Virus record (IMG/VR): IMGVR_UViG_3300036851_000232
Coordinates: 1-61,446 of that record
Reading direction: 5' to 3' (one strand)
Origin: a virus
Lineage: Duplodnaviria; Caudoviricetes
Length of the DNA stretch: 61,446 bases
Shown here: in pieces, positions 25,154 to 34,867 of the stretch
Position numbering within the stretch: the first letter of the stretch is position 1
How the letters are laid out: the number at the start of each line of letters is the position of its first letter
Made by a program: the position numbers and the translations under genes
The notes under the pieces: generated by a model
Told to the model about the DNA's origin: nothing
Database searches by the model: none
Seen by the model: only the letters and a program-made list of their open reading frames with translations

Positions 25154-25399
25154 ATGCGAACGCACGGCAAGGGCGCGACATACCGGAAAGGCGGATGCCG
25201 GTGCCCCAAATGCCGCGCGGAGAACACGGAGGACACTAGGACCGCCCGGCAGAAGCGGGCGGAGCGCCTGGCCGAGGACCCTTCGCTGGCGCCACATGGC
25301 AGCCGGTCCACCTACGACAACTGGGGTTGCCGCTGCGAGGAGTGCGTTGTCGCGCACTACGCCGCGGCGGTGGTGGCGTACCGCGCTCCGCGTGGCTAG
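25154..25399 (+). CDS. Antisense small protein with two HG...Y...GCRC..C zinc-binding repeats
   Basis: THGKGATYRKGGCRCPKCR and PHGSRSTYDNWGCRCEEC; CATGAT 6 nt before ATG. Confidence 0.72.
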   Translation: MRTHGKGATYRKGGCRCPKCRAENTEDTRTARQKRAERLAEDPSLAPHGSRSTYDNWGCRCEECVVAHYAAAVVAYRAPRG

Positions 25400-25863
25400 G
25401 TTCCGGCCTTGGTCCGGTAGAACCCGGAGGCGGGGAAGTCCAGCGGCAGATCGGTGCCGTCAGTAGTCGCGACGAACCCGAAGTGGACGAGCGGGGTTAT
25501 CTCCGCGTCGGTGCTGAGAGTTGTGTCCGGCTTGTAGCAGAGCAGCGCCTTGCCGAGGGTGTTGTTCAGCACTCCACCTGCTGCGATCCACACCTGGTTG
25601 GCGATAGAGATGTCAACCCAGTTGTTGGTGTCGTCCACCGTGATCGTCGCCGTGGTGACCGTCTTCCGGGCGTAGTTGGTGAAATCCGCCTCATCATTCG
25701 ACGCGGCGAGCAGCGCCGCCAGATCGTCATGATCGGCGAGGGTGTCGTCGGACTGGAGACCTGCGGATTTCAGCAGCACAACCACGAGACCGTCGCTGGC
25801 GCCGGTCAGCTGGCAGTAGTGCCGGATCCTGCCGCGGGCGACGTTCAAGATGCCGTCGGCCAT
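25396..25863 (-). CDS. Virion/minor tail protein
   Basis: Position; EADFTNYARKT motif typical of phage tail-associated proteins. Confidence 0.65.
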   Translation of the reverse strand: MADGILNVARGRIRHYCQLTGASDGLVVVLLKSAGLQSDDTLADHDDLAALLAASNDEADFTNYARKTVTTATITVDDTNNWVDISIANQVWIAAGGVLNNTLGKALLCYKPDTTLSTDAEITPLVHFGFVATTDGTDLPLDFPASGFYRTKAGT

Positions 25864-25867
25864 CGGG

Positions 25868-26773
25868 TTACACCGTCAAATCGATGGACTGGATGATCCG
25901 GTACGAGTCCGGGTCGGCGGTGGCGGGCCGGTCCTGCATGTTCGACCACATCTCGCCGGTGCCGCGGCGCAGCGCCCATTCACCACGCCGGAACGTGTCC
26001 GCGCCCACGTCTTCGACGAACTCGACGATCGCGACCTTCGAGGTGGAGGTCCAGTAGCCGGCGTACTGCGGGAACCCGAGCCCGGCGAGCGTGTCCTCGT
26101 GCTGCTGCGCGAACTCGGCGACGGTGAAGCTGGCCGGCCCGATCCAGTCGGTGTCGGCGAAGCTGGTGTCCACGACGATGTCTTCGTCGACGTCCATCAG
26201 CATCTCCCCGTCGCCGGGGTCGAACTGGATACCGATGTGGAAGTCGATGGCGCCGAACGCCGTCCCCGCCCCGGTCAGGTCGATGTCGGGGGTGCTGCCG
26301 TGCCGGTTGACGCCGAGGAACGCGCGAACTGAGTGGCTGCCGTCGTAGTGCCACTCCACCCGGTGCCAATCCCGCAGCGGTATCGGAATGGCCGACGTGG
26401 CGCGCAGCGTGGACGGGTCGTAGACGCGCAGCAGACCGGTCGAGGTGATCCGCAGCGTTTTCACGTTCGTGCCAGCGTCCTGGGTGCGCATGAACTCCAT
26501 CTCGGAGGTCGGGTAGCGGGAGAACCGCAGGTAGGCGCGGCGGCGGAACGAGTCGGTCAGATCCGGGTGGCTGTAGGTGGCCTTGGACGAGTGCTGCGCC
26601 CCGCCGGTGGCGGCTGTCCGGAACCTGGCCGCGGCGCCGCGGAGCCCCCCGGCGATGGCGGTGGCGGTGGCACCGGCGCCGGCAATGGCGTACGACGTGT
26701 ACCTGGTGTTGGACGTGTCGAGGACGGTGCCGGTAGCCAGACCGGTGAATGTCTCGTTGAGGATCTCGGTCAT
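25868..26773 (-). CDS. Minor tail / receptor-binding protein (beta-sandwich, lectin-like)
   Basis: Start MTEILNETF; WHRVEWH motif; position after tail genes. Confidence 0.6.
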   Translation of the reverse strand: MTEILNETFTGLATGTVLDTSNTRYTSYAIAGAGATATAIAGGLRGAAARFRTAATGGAQHSSKATYSHPDLTDSFRRRAYLRFSRYPTSEMEFMRTQDAGTNVKTLRITSTGLLRVYDPSTLRATSAIPIPLRDWHRVEWHYDGSHSVRAFLGVNRHGSTPDIDLTGAGTAFGAIDFHIGIQFDPGDGEMLMDVDEDIVVDTSFADTDWIGPASFTVAEFAQQHEDTLAGLGFPQYAGYWTSTSKVAIVEFVEDVGADTFRRGEWALRRGTGEMWSNMQDRPATADPDSYRIIQSIDLTV

Positions 26774-27192
26774 TGCGCAGCGTAGATCAGGACCATGCAC
26801 GACTCGTCGACGAACGTGAACGTCACCGCCACCCTGGAGTGCATGACCGGGGCGGCCGGTGCGCTCTTACCGTGGATCTGCGTCCACACGTTCGACGGGT
26901 AGGTGCCGGTCGCGGTCTCCACGGTCTGCCACACGCCGTCCGACAGCACCTGGTAGCGGTAGACGAATCCGACCGACCGGTTCAGCGGATCCTTGGTGAG
27001 CGCCTTCGTCTGCACCGGGTTGGCGGCACCGGAGGAGTTGAGCCATTTCACGTCGCCGCGGTGGCTGATCCCGCCCGCAGCGCAGCTTTCCCGCACGTAC
27101 GAGTAGAAGCCGCCGGACGTCGCGGCCATAGCTGGCACAGCGAGCAGCGTGAGCACTCCGACGAGACCCGCAACGATTATGCGCATGATCAT
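26770..27192 (-). CDS. Secreted protein with signal peptide
   Basis: MRIIVAGLVGVLTLLAVPAMA-A; GGGAGGA RBS. Confidence 0.65.
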   Translation of the reverse strand: MIMRIIVAGLVGVLTLLAVPAMAATSGGFYSYVRESCAAGGISHRGDVKWLNSSGAANPVQTKALTKDPLNRSVGFVYRYQVLSDGVWQTVETATGTYPSNVWTQIHGKSAPAAPVMHSRVAVTFTFVDESCMVLIYAAQ

Positions 27193-27497
27193 CCTCCCTG
27201 ACGGGTGAACCCGTCGGCCTGCCAGTGATCACGGACCCGCTCGGTCATGTCGCGGTTCAGCAGCTGCTCCACGGTGACCACGTGACCGGGCACAACGACG
27301 CGGCCGTCAGGGCTGGTCTGCGATGCGGCTGCCTGCGCGGCCGTAAACGACGTGTAGGTGACGCTGATCTCACCGCGCGTCCATATCTCGTAGGTGCCAC
27401 CGCCGCGGTCCACGACAGTAGGCCAGCGTGTCCACGTCGGCTCAACGACGACGCTTTTCACGTATTCGGCTTCGACGACCTGCCCCACGGCGACCAT
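27189..27497 (-). CDS. Hypothetical protein
   Basis: ORF track. Confidence 0.5.
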   Translation of the reverse strand: MVAVGQVVEAEYVKSVVVEPTWTRWPTVVDRGGGTYEIWTRGEISVTYTSFTAAQAAASQTSPDGRVVVPGHVVTVEQLLNRDMTERVRDHWQADGFTRQGG

Positions 27498-27524
27498 CAG
27501 ATACCGTGTCCGCTCACTTGCGCC

Positions 27525-28073
27525 TCACGACGACTTGGCGATCCAGAACGCCTGAATATAGTTCTCGTATTGGTTGATTCCGGTGGTGGATAGGGATCCC
27601 CCGGAGATCTGCTGCACGAACACTTCGATGTAGTCGCCCACAATCAGGTCGACGTCGAACGACGACCCGAAACTGAACGTGTTCGGGGAGGCCATGGCCG
27701 TGAAGTCGAACAGCTGCGTCCCGCCGGTCGCCGAGCCGGCGGAGTTCTTCCGAATGTGTGTGATCCGGGAGCCGGTGCCGTTCGCAGTCCATGCGATCCC
27801 CACATCGACGTGGAACAGCCCGGCGGCGTTGCAGGTGATCCGGGACGGGTTCGTGCCGGAGTTGTGCATGTTGTCGGAGTCGAGGACCTCGGCGTTCCAC
27901 GACATGAGCGTGGACACGTTGTTCGCCACCGACAGTACGGTGGAGTCGTAGGCCCACACCCGGGGTGGGGACAGCAGGAAGTTCAGGGCGTCCCGGAGCT
28001 CGAGGTTCAGGGTGGTCGCGTTGACCTTGCTGGTGCCGTTGACCCAGGTCTGCGGGGCCGGGACGATCGCCAC
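27525..28073 (-). CDS. Minor tail protein (C1q/jelly-roll-like)
   Basis: VNATTLN..LRD N-terminus, SRITCNAAGLF, VGDYIEVFVQQ. Confidence 0.75.
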   Translation of the reverse strand: MAIVPAPQTWVNGTSKVNATTLNLELRDALNFLLSPPRVWAYDSTVLSVANNVSTLMSWNAEVLDSDNMHNSGTNPSRITCNAAGLFHVDVGIAWTANGTGSRITHIRKNSAGSATGGTQLFDFTAMASPNTFSFGSSFDVDLIVGDYIEVFVQQISGGSLSTTGINQYENYIQAFWIAKSS

Positions 28074-28081
28074 GCGTCACC

Positions 28082-30043
28082 TCACCATCCGACGTACAGG
28101 GAGTCGCCGAGCGTGCTGGTGGTGCCCTCACCGACCACGGCGTAGTTCTTGGACGGCCGCGGCGACGTCCGCGCTGTGAGCAGCCATTCCCGGCCGCGGA
28201 ACTCGTGACCGACCCCTTCCACGTCGAACTCCATCGTCGAGGTGGGCGCGTTCGCCGGCATGCCAGAGACCGCGAACGCGTCCCCGACCTCCAGCGCCAG
28301 CAGGGTTCGCCCCAACGCCAGGTCGGTGGGGAGGACCGGCACCGCCCCGACCCGGTGTCTGGGCTGCGCCGCCCGGTCGACCACCGCTTGGGCGCGGTAG
28401 GTGAGCTCGGATGCGGGCAGCACCGTGTCGATCGACTCGGACTGGACGTCGTAGTCGTCGATGCTGCCCTGGTCGGAGACGACCACTTCCTGCCCGCCGG
28501 CGCCGCCCCGCGATTGTTTGGTGACCTTCGCCTCGTTCCGGACGTGGGTGAGGTCGTAGTCGAGGGCGAGGTTCTTCCCGACCTGGCTGCTGGCGCTGAC
28601 CGTGAACGACACGGCCCGGTTGACGCGGTGCCAACGGTTGTGGAACCGCAGGGCCCCGGCCCGGTCGATGAACACGAGCCCGTCTTCGGAGTTGATGGCG
28701 GCCATGTCGAGAGCGTCGCGGACCGTGCTCCCGGCCGTGGCCTGTCCCGCGAGGGTGGAGTCACCGGCTGCGAACGCCGTCGTGTGGTACCCCCAGTATC
28801 CGGCGATCTTCGTGAGGCGGGTGTCGGTGGTCTGGTCTGGCCAGCCCTGCCATGCCTGGTAGTGGGCGGTGACCTTCCCGCCGCCGAGGGTGAGCCCGAT
28901 CGGGAACACGGCGACATGGGAGATGGTGCCGTCGAAGCCGCGCCACTCCCCGGTGCCGGCTATCGCCGCGCCGACATCGAGTCGCCCCGCCCCGGCCGCG
29001 GTGCCGTGGGTGCCGCCAGTGTGGGTGGCGTTCGCGCGTTGCACCCCGTCTACGTACAGGGTGCCCTCGGTGGTGTCGGCCCCGAAGTCGTCGGTGATCC
29101 GGAAGATGGCGTGGTGGGTGCGGCCGTCCCACACGTCGTAGCCGGTGGAGCGGATCGACCGGACCACGACGGTGCCGTTGGTCTGGGTTTGCGCCCACCG
29201 GGCCACCAGCGTGCCGTCCGCGGAGTCCAAGTAGAGGGAAAAGAACACGTCCGCCGACGCGGCCCGCATCGCCCCCAGCAGCCCCATCGACGGGGTGGAC
29301 TGCGCCACCGACGTGGCGAAGCTGACCTCGTACGACACCGACGGGGCACCCGAGGTTGGGACCGGGGCGGTGGGGGTGCCCTCCAGGTACAGGTAGTCCT
29401 CGAACCGCCCGTCCGGTCCGGACGTCCATTGCGGCGCCGACAGCCCGTCCACGCCGGGGCCGGTGCCGGACCCGAACTCCAGTGTCGCCCCGGTGCCTTT
29501 CGTTTTCACCGCGAGCTCGGCACCAGACTTCCCCGACGACTCGGCCGCGAATGACGCTCCCGACGGGTCCGCCAGCGTCCAGTAGTAGGCGGGCGCGTCA
29601 GCGAGGATCTCGTGTTCGTACAGGGAGCGGAGTTTGCGGCGCGCGGCGAGCGTCAACGCGTCGGTGGCGGTGATCCGGGCGCGCCCGTAGGCGACGAGCT
29701 GGTCCCATTGCAGCGGCCAGGCGTTGACGTGCCCGTCGAACAGGGTTTCGGTGACGCCGCCGAGGGTGCCTTGCACGCGGACCCTGCGGAAAATCTTGAC
29801 GTTCGGGTAGTGGGGTGAGGTGGCGAGGTCGGCGGTGAACCGGCCGTCGTCGTTGCGGAGTGTGAACGACAGGGCGCCGGGCTGGATCGTGTCGGTTTCG
29901 TGGGACCGGCCCCGGCTGATGGTCAGCGGGTGTTGGTTGCTGCATATCAGGTACGGGCTGATGTCGACCCAGTTCGGGGACGCCGAGAACGGGGTTGTGG
30001 TGAGCGCGGTCTCGACCTTGAGGGTCGGGTAGACGTCAGCCAT
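28082..30043 (-). CDS. Minor tail / baseplate hub protein with LamG-like domain
   Basis: WVDISPY..ISRGRS..QPG.LSFTLRNDDGRF; WDGRTHH, LYVDG, FDGTISHVAVF; directly after tape measure. Confidence 0.8.
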   Translation of the reverse strand: MADVYPTLKVETALTTTPFSASPNWVDISPYLICSNQHPLTISRGRSHETDTIQPGALSFTLRNDDGRFTADLATSPHYPNVKIFRRVRVQGTLGGVTETLFDGHVNAWPLQWDQLVAYGRARITATDALTLAARRKLRSLYEHEILADAPAYYWTLADPSGASFAAESSGKSGAELAVKTKGTGATLEFGSGTGPGVDGLSAPQWTSGPDGRFEDYLYLEGTPTAPVPTSGAPSVSYEVSFATSVAQSTPSMGLLGAMRAASADVFFSLYLDSADGTLVARWAQTQTNGTVVVRSIRSTGYDVWDGRTHHAIFRITDDFGADTTEGTLYVDGVQRANATHTGGTHGTAAGAGRLDVGAAIAGTGEWRGFDGTISHVAVFPIGLTLGGGKVTAHYQAWQGWPDQTTDTRLTKIAGYWGYHTTAFAAGDSTLAGQATAGSTVRDALDMAAINSEDGLVFIDRAGALRFHNRWHRVNRAVSFTVSASSQVGKNLALDYDLTHVRNEAKVTKQSRGGAGGQEVVVSDQGSIDDYDVQSESIDTVLPASELTYRAQAVVDRAAQPRHRVGAVPVLPTDLALGRTLLALEVGDAFAVSGMPANAPTSTMEFDVEGVGHEFRGREWLLTARTSPRPSKNYAVVGEGTTSTLGDSLYVGW

Positions 30044-33000
30044 TCGCGGTGACGAGCCGGACGCCGCGGGCCTGCGCTGCGGCGAGCAGGTCGTTCACGA
30101 CCGCGCCGGCTGCGGCCCGGTCGCCGTAGAAGTTCGGGAAGTGGATGTGGACCACGGCCCCGCCGCCCTGGCCGCCGCCTCGGACCTGCATCATCTGCGT
30201 GTTCTGCCACGCCGGGATGATCCGCTCACCCCTGTGCAGCATCGCCGGGCCGGTCTCCGGCACGTAGTCGGTGCCGTGCTCGTACCAGTTGTGGCCGAGG
30301 TGGAATGAGAGTGCGGCGGACGGCGTGCCGTACCGCTGCGCGATGTACCGGAGCCCGTACACGGTCTGCGCGCGAGGATCCGACGTCTTATGACCACCCA
30401 CCGACGCCCACGTCGAATTGAGGAACTGGAACATGCCGTACGCGGTCGACGTCGGGTTCTGCGCGGTGTTCCGGAACCCCGACTCCTTCATGACCAGCCG
30501 GTAGAGAGCGTCCCACTGCCCGCCGGACCAGCCGTACATTGATGCGGCCATGGAGCGGACCAGCGCCGCGTTCCCGGACACGTTCGCCGGGGCGCCCGGG
30601 GCGAATGCGGAGCCGATCGCCGGGGTGATGGCCTGGTTCAGTCGTTTCACGTACGCGGAGATGGCGCGTTCGGAGAAGCTCCGCGTCGCCCTCTCTACCG
30701 CGTCCGCGCCCGCACCGACCGCGCCCAACCCCGACTCGGCCGCGCGCATGCTGACGACCGGCCCGCCGGCCGCGTACCGGCCCGTGTTGATCGCCTCAAG
30801 CAGCGGCCGGTGCCGTGACGTCGACTGGGCGTTCACCACGTACTCGCCCGCCGACGCCCAGATCGGGATGTTGTCCTGAGTCGGCCCGCCAGCGCCGCGC
30901 ACCGGCCCGCCGGCCGCGAGCCCCTGGTGCCGCAGGTCATAGGCGAGCCGCTGCGCGTTCGACGAGAACTTGATCGTGGAGACGACCACCTCGTCCCGGA
31001 TCTGGTCGAGGGTGATGTTCGCGTAGTCGCGGTATTTGCGGAGGTCTTCCTTCGCCTTGGCCGTGTTCGCCTTCACGTCGGTCTGGATCTGGTTCGGTAC
31101 GTCGTCTAGGACGCGGATGTACCGGGCGGTGTCGTCCTTGTTCAGTCCGAGCTGACGTGCCGTGCGGGATAGCTCGTCCTTGAAGAACTTCGTTTTCTGG
31201 GTGACCTTGTCCTTCGTCGCGCCGTGTTCGATGTCCCATTTGATCGCGTCGGCGGCAGTCTGGATCAGGCCGCGCATCCGATCCCGGTTCTCCAGCGCCG
31301 CCTCGCTGTTCCCCTTCAACGAGCGGGCATGCTTGTCGTGCTCGTCCCGCGCGCCCTTGACCTGTTCCCGCAGGCCGTGCAGCTGCTCCTGGAACCGGTC
31401 CATCGACGCCTCGCCGCCGAGTTGCGCGTCGACCACGGCGTCGATCTTGTCTTTCAGGTCGGAGAGTTCCTTGGCGGCTTTGTCGGCTTGCTCGACGACC
31501 TTCTTCTCGGCCTCCGACATCGCGCCGGCAGACCCGGCCGCCTCCTTCTGTGCCGCGTTCGCGCCGGCCAACGCGCCCGTGTACTGCGGCAGCTGCCCGT
31601 TCAGCCACTGCACCGATTTGCCCTTGGCGCGGACGGCCTGTTCGGTGCGGACGAACAGTTCCCGGGCTGCCTCCGCGTTCCCGGACGACAGCAGCGCCGC
31701 CATCGTCGCGTCGAGATCCTCGAATGTCTTCTTGCCCTCACCGAGGGCGTCGGTGAACGGGTTGAAGTCGTTGAGGAACTTCCCGATTCCGGACCCGAAT
31801 CGGTCGAGGTAGTCGGTGGCCAGGCCGACGTTCTTGAAATCCTCCCCGACCAGCTTCGCCGCAGACCCGGCGAGCTTCCCGGTGTCCGCCCACCGGGCGA
31901 ACGACCCCGACAGGTCGGCGACGTCCTCGTCGAGCCCGTACAGGTTCTTCTTCAGGAAGCCGACGCCCTCGCCGACCGCGTAGATCGCGGTGATCGTGCC
32001 GCCGATCTTCGCGAGGGTGCCGAGTGCCCCTGCGGCGCGGCTGGCGCTGATGCCCATCTCGTCCAGCGCGACCTTCGTCGCGTGGATCTTCGGGAGCAGG
32101 ATCAGCAACGCGCCGCCGACCGTCCCGGCCGCGCCCGCGACCCCGAGGACGGCCAGTGTCGCGGTCTGCACCGGCTTCGGCAGGTCGTTGTACACGTTCA
32201 CTGCAGCGGTGGCGGCCTGCACCATGTCTCGGAGCACCGTGTTCCCCGCCGACCCGGTCTGGATCAGCGCGGTCTCGATCGACCCGGATAGCTCCTCCAG
32301 GTCGCCGCGCAGGTTGTCGAGCTGGGTGGCGGCCATCCGCGCCGCCGCGCCCTCATCGTCAACGGCCTGCGTGTACTCGCGGACCCCTCGCTCGCCGAGC
32401 TCGTACAACACGTTCGCCGCGCGGACCGCGTCCGACCCGAAGATCGTCGCGAGGGCGGCGTTCCGCTGCTCCGTGGACAGCCCCGACAGGCCCTTCTGCA
32501 ACCGGCCGGCGAACGCCTCCAGGCCGATGAAGTTGCCCTGCGCGTCGTAGGCGGTGATGCCGAGCCGCTGCATCAGGTCGGCGGCCTCGTCGGACTGCGG
32601 GTTGAGTCGCTGCAGCATTGTCTTCAGCGACGTGCCGGCGTCGGAGCCGATCAGCGCCCGGTCCGCGAACGCGGACAGCGTGCCGACGGTGTCCTCAAGC
32701 GATAGGCCAGTCTGCGCGGCGACGAGGCCGCCCTGCCGCAGCGCGTCACCGAGCTGCCCCACGTCGGCGGCGCTCTTGTTCGCCCCGGCGGCGAGGACGT
32801 CGGCGATGTGACCGACGTCGGAGCCGCGCAGCTTGAAAATGTTCATCGCCTGCGCGGAGATCTCCGCGGCGTTCCCGAGCTGCAGTTGCCCGGCGGCGGC
32901 GAGGTCGAGGGAACCAGCTAGTGCGCCACCGAGAATGTCTGCGGTGGAGATGCCGGCCTTCGCGAGCTCGCCCTGCGCGGTGGCGGCCTCAGATGCGGAG

Positions 33001-33323
33001 AACGCGGTATCGGCACCGGCCCGGATCGCGGCCTCGCGGAGCTTGTTCATCTCGGCGGCGGACGCGCCGGTGACGGCCTTCACCCCGGACATGGCCTTGT
33101 CGAAATCGGCGAACTTCTTCACCGCGATCGCGGCCATCGCCCCGGCGGCGACCCCGATCCCGGCGACGGTGACGCCGATCTCCCGGTAGGCCTGCTTGTG
33201 CTTTCCCCCGTGGGTGATCGCCTGGTTGGTGAACTGCGCGGTTGCGGCCTGCGCCTGCCGGACCCCGGCGAGGTATCCCGACACGTCGGCGCGGAGACGG
33301 GCGGTTACGGTGCGATCAGCCAA
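30036..33323 (-). CDS. Tape measure protein (TP901-like core) with C-terminal lytic transglycosylase
   Basis: TTG 33323 after GAGGAGG; FDKAMSGV..GSDAGTSLK core; KESGFRNTAQNPTSTAYGMFQFL...YIAQRYG. Confidence 0.92.
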   Translation of the reverse strand: MADRTVTARLRADVSGYLAGVRQAQAATAQFTNQAITHGGKHKQAYREIGVTVAGIGVAAGAMAAIAVKKFADFDKAMSGVKAVTGASAAEMNKLREAAIRAGADTAFSASEAATAQGELAKAGISTADILGGALAGSLDLAAAGQLQLGNAAEISAQAMNIFKLRGSDVGHIADVLAAGANKSAADVGQLGDALRQGGLVAAQTGLSLEDTVGTLSAFADRALIGSDAGTSLKTMLQRLNPQSDEAADLMQRLGITAYDAQGNFIGLEAFAGRLQKGLSGLSTEQRNAALATIFGSDAVRAANVLYELGERGVREYTQAVDDEGAAARMAATQLDNLRGDLEELSGSIETALIQTGSAGNTVLRDMVQAATAAVNVYNDLPKPVQTATLAVLGVAGAAGTVGGALLILLPKIHATKVALDEMGISASRAAGALGTLAKIGGTITAIYAVGEGVGFLKKNLYGLDEDVADLSGSFARWADTGKLAGSAAKLVGEDFKNVGLATDYLDRFGSGIGKFLNDFNPFTDALGEGKKTFEDLDATMAALLSSGNAEAARELFVRTEQAVRAKGKSVQWLNGQLPQYTGALAGANAAQKEAAGSAGAMSEAEKKVVEQADKAAKELSDLKDKIDAVVDAQLGGEASMDRFQEQLHGLREQVKGARDEHDKHARSLKGNSEAALENRDRMRGLIQTAADAIKWDIEHGATKDKVTQKTKFFKDELSRTARQLGLNKDDTARYIRVLDDVPNQIQTDVKANTAKAKEDLRKYRDYANITLDQIRDEVVVSTIKFSSNAQRLAYDLRHQGLAAGGPVRGAGGPTQDNIPIWASAGEYVVNAQSTSRHRPLLEAINTGRYAAGGPVVSMRAAESGLGAVGAGADAVERATRSFSERAISAYVKRLNQAITPAIGSAFAPGAPANVSGNAALVRSMAASMYGWSGGQWDALYRLVMKESGFRNTAQNPTSTAYGMFQFLNSTWASVGGHKTSDPRAQTVYGLRYIAQRYGTPSAALSFHLGHNWYEHGTDYVPETGPAMLHRGERIIPAWQNTQMMQVRGGGQGGGAVVHIHFPNFYGDRAAAGAVVNDLLAAAQARGVRLVTANG

Positions 33324-33412
33324 CGAGTCACCTCCTCGCCGGTTCGGGTGTCGCTGAGACGCGGTCGGTGCTGTACTGGCAGTGACCACTCACCGCAGGG
33401 GGGACGAGTTCG

Positions 33413-33580
33413 ATGACCGAGATGGCGCACATGGACCGACAGGATGAGCAGCAGGGCAATCCGCCGCAGCGCGGCTTCGATGAGTTCGGCTGGCTGGCGA
33501 CGTTCTTCACCAGCCCGCTAGTGCAGTTCCTGCTGGTGGTCGCCGTGATCGTGCTCGTCGCGGTCTGGGTCAACGCCTAG
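33413..33580 (+). CDS. Antisense small membrane protein (55 aa)
   Basis: Own translation ...FGWLATFFTSPLVQFLLVVAVIVLVAVWVNA; fills the TAC-TMP gap. Confidence 0.6.
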   Translation: MTEMAHMDRQDEQQGNPPQRGFDEFGWLATFFTSPLVQFLLVVAVIVLVAVWVNA

Positions 33581-33987
33581 CGCTGGAGCTCCACGGGGAT
33601 CAGGAGCGCGCGGGGCTGCGGGGACTCCCGGTATGTGACGGAAGCCTGCTCGGTGGCGGTGCAGCGGTGGCAGCGCACCGCCGGGCCCGGCACGTAGCGG
33701 CCCTCGTTCTCCGCCTTCGTCGTCTCCGACAGCGGTTCCCGGCAGCCGGGGCACAGCGCCGCCTCGTAGGCGAGCAGCGCCAGCGCCCAGCCGCGTTCCC
33801 TCTCATCCCACTCCGGCTCGACCGCAGTCACCGACCTGACCAGCCGGCCGGCCTCGTCGTAGTTGTAGCTGGTTTCCCGTCGCGGCTCCCAGCCGCCGAA
33901 GCGGCGCAGCGAGACGCCCCATGCCCGTGCCGCTGTCAGCTCTCGTCTGAGGGCCTGGTTCTCATGGATGAGGCGAGACTGAAAGGC
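33577..33987 (-). CDS. Tail assembly chaperone, post-frameshift (GT) segment
   Basis: -1 frame ORF overlapping the TAC 3' end; EPEWDERER..ALA, CPGC...CHRC. Confidence 0.65.
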   Translation of the reverse strand, partial: AFQSRLIHENQALRRELTAARAWGVSLRRFGGWEPRRETSYNYDEAGRLVRSVTAVEPEWDERERGWALALLAYEAALCPGCREPLSETTKAENEGRYVPGPAVRCHRCTATEQASVTYRESPQPRALLIPVELQR

Positions 33988-34514
33988 ACGTCGACCTTGA
34001 CGAGGTTCAGGGTCTGGCACGCGCCGTACAGGTTGCCGTACTGGTTGGCGGTGAGCACCTCGTCAAGGAGGTGCGTCCACTGCTCGTCGGACAGCTCCGG
34101 CTCCCACACGCACGCTTTGATCAGCGCCGGTTCGAACGCCTCGTAGTTGTGGCCGAGGGCCTTGTCCCGGTCGTTGTCCTCGCGGGGCGGGTGCGCGAGC
34201 AGCAGGTCGAGGAACTGGCGGCGGGGCAGCGCGCGTGCCCGGAACACAACCGTGGACGCCGCCATCTCCTCCCGCAGCGCCTCGATCCGCTCCGCGAGCT
34301 CGGCCGTGATCCCACCATCGGCAAGACTCGTGCGGGGCTTCGCGGACTCGGCCTGGAGCTGCCGCTCGAGGTCTTCGAACTGGGCCTGCAGGTCGCCGCG
34401 CAGGCACAGTTCGACAGTGCGTTCGGGGAGTTTCGCGGCGGCGATCAGCGCGCCCACGTCCACGGCCGGCGCGGCGTCGGGGGTGTCGCCGTTGAGCTTC
34501 TTCTGGTTGCTCAT
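33936..34514 (-). CDS. Tail assembly chaperone (G)
   Basis: FRARALPR...HPPR...DVPFS; between major tail and TMP. Confidence 0.8.
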   Translation of the reverse strand: MSNQKKLNGDTPDAAPAVDVGALIAAAKLPERTVELCLRGDLQAQFEDLERQLQAESAKPRTSLADGGITAELAERIEALREEMAASTVVFRARALPRRQFLDLLLAHPPREDNDRDKALGHNYEAFEPALIKACVWEPELSDEQWTHLLDEVLTANQYGNLYGACQTLNLVKVDVPFSLASSMRTRPSDES

Positions 34515-34780
34515 CGCAGCGGCTCCGGGAAGTCCGTGACGAGCGGAACGGTGACGGTTCGGGTGGCGACCCGATTCGGGTTCTCCTTATCGAGAACCAG
34601 CTTGCCGCCATCGTCTCGTTCCCACACCTCGGCCGTGATGGTGCGCGCGGCCTCGTCGACCGTGATGACTGACTCGGCGGGGATGCTGTCCGGGTCTAGG
34701 CCGTTGGCCCGCGCCCAGTCGCTGGCCGCCAACCGCCACACCTCGTTGTCGCTGCCGCGACTCACGTCGATCTTGAGCAT
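34511..34780 (-). CDS. Hypothetical protein
   Basis: AGGAGA RBS; ORF track. Confidence 0.65.
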   Translation of the reverse strand: MLKIDVSRGSDNEVWRLAASDWARANGLDPDSIPAESVITVDEAARTITAEVWERDDGGKLVLDKENPNRVATRTVTVPLVTDFPEPLR

Positions 34781-34820
34781 GTGCTTCTCCTAGCCGTTGC
34801 CCTAGCCGACAGGTGAGGGC

Positions 34821-34853
34821 GCGGGCTGGCCCCGGCTAGGTAGGCCAGCCCGC
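34821..34853. terminator. Hairpin downstream of major tail gene
   Basis: GCGGGCTGGCC-N11-GGCCAGCCCGC. Confidence 0.5.
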
Positions 34854-34867
34854 TACTCGTGGGGAGG

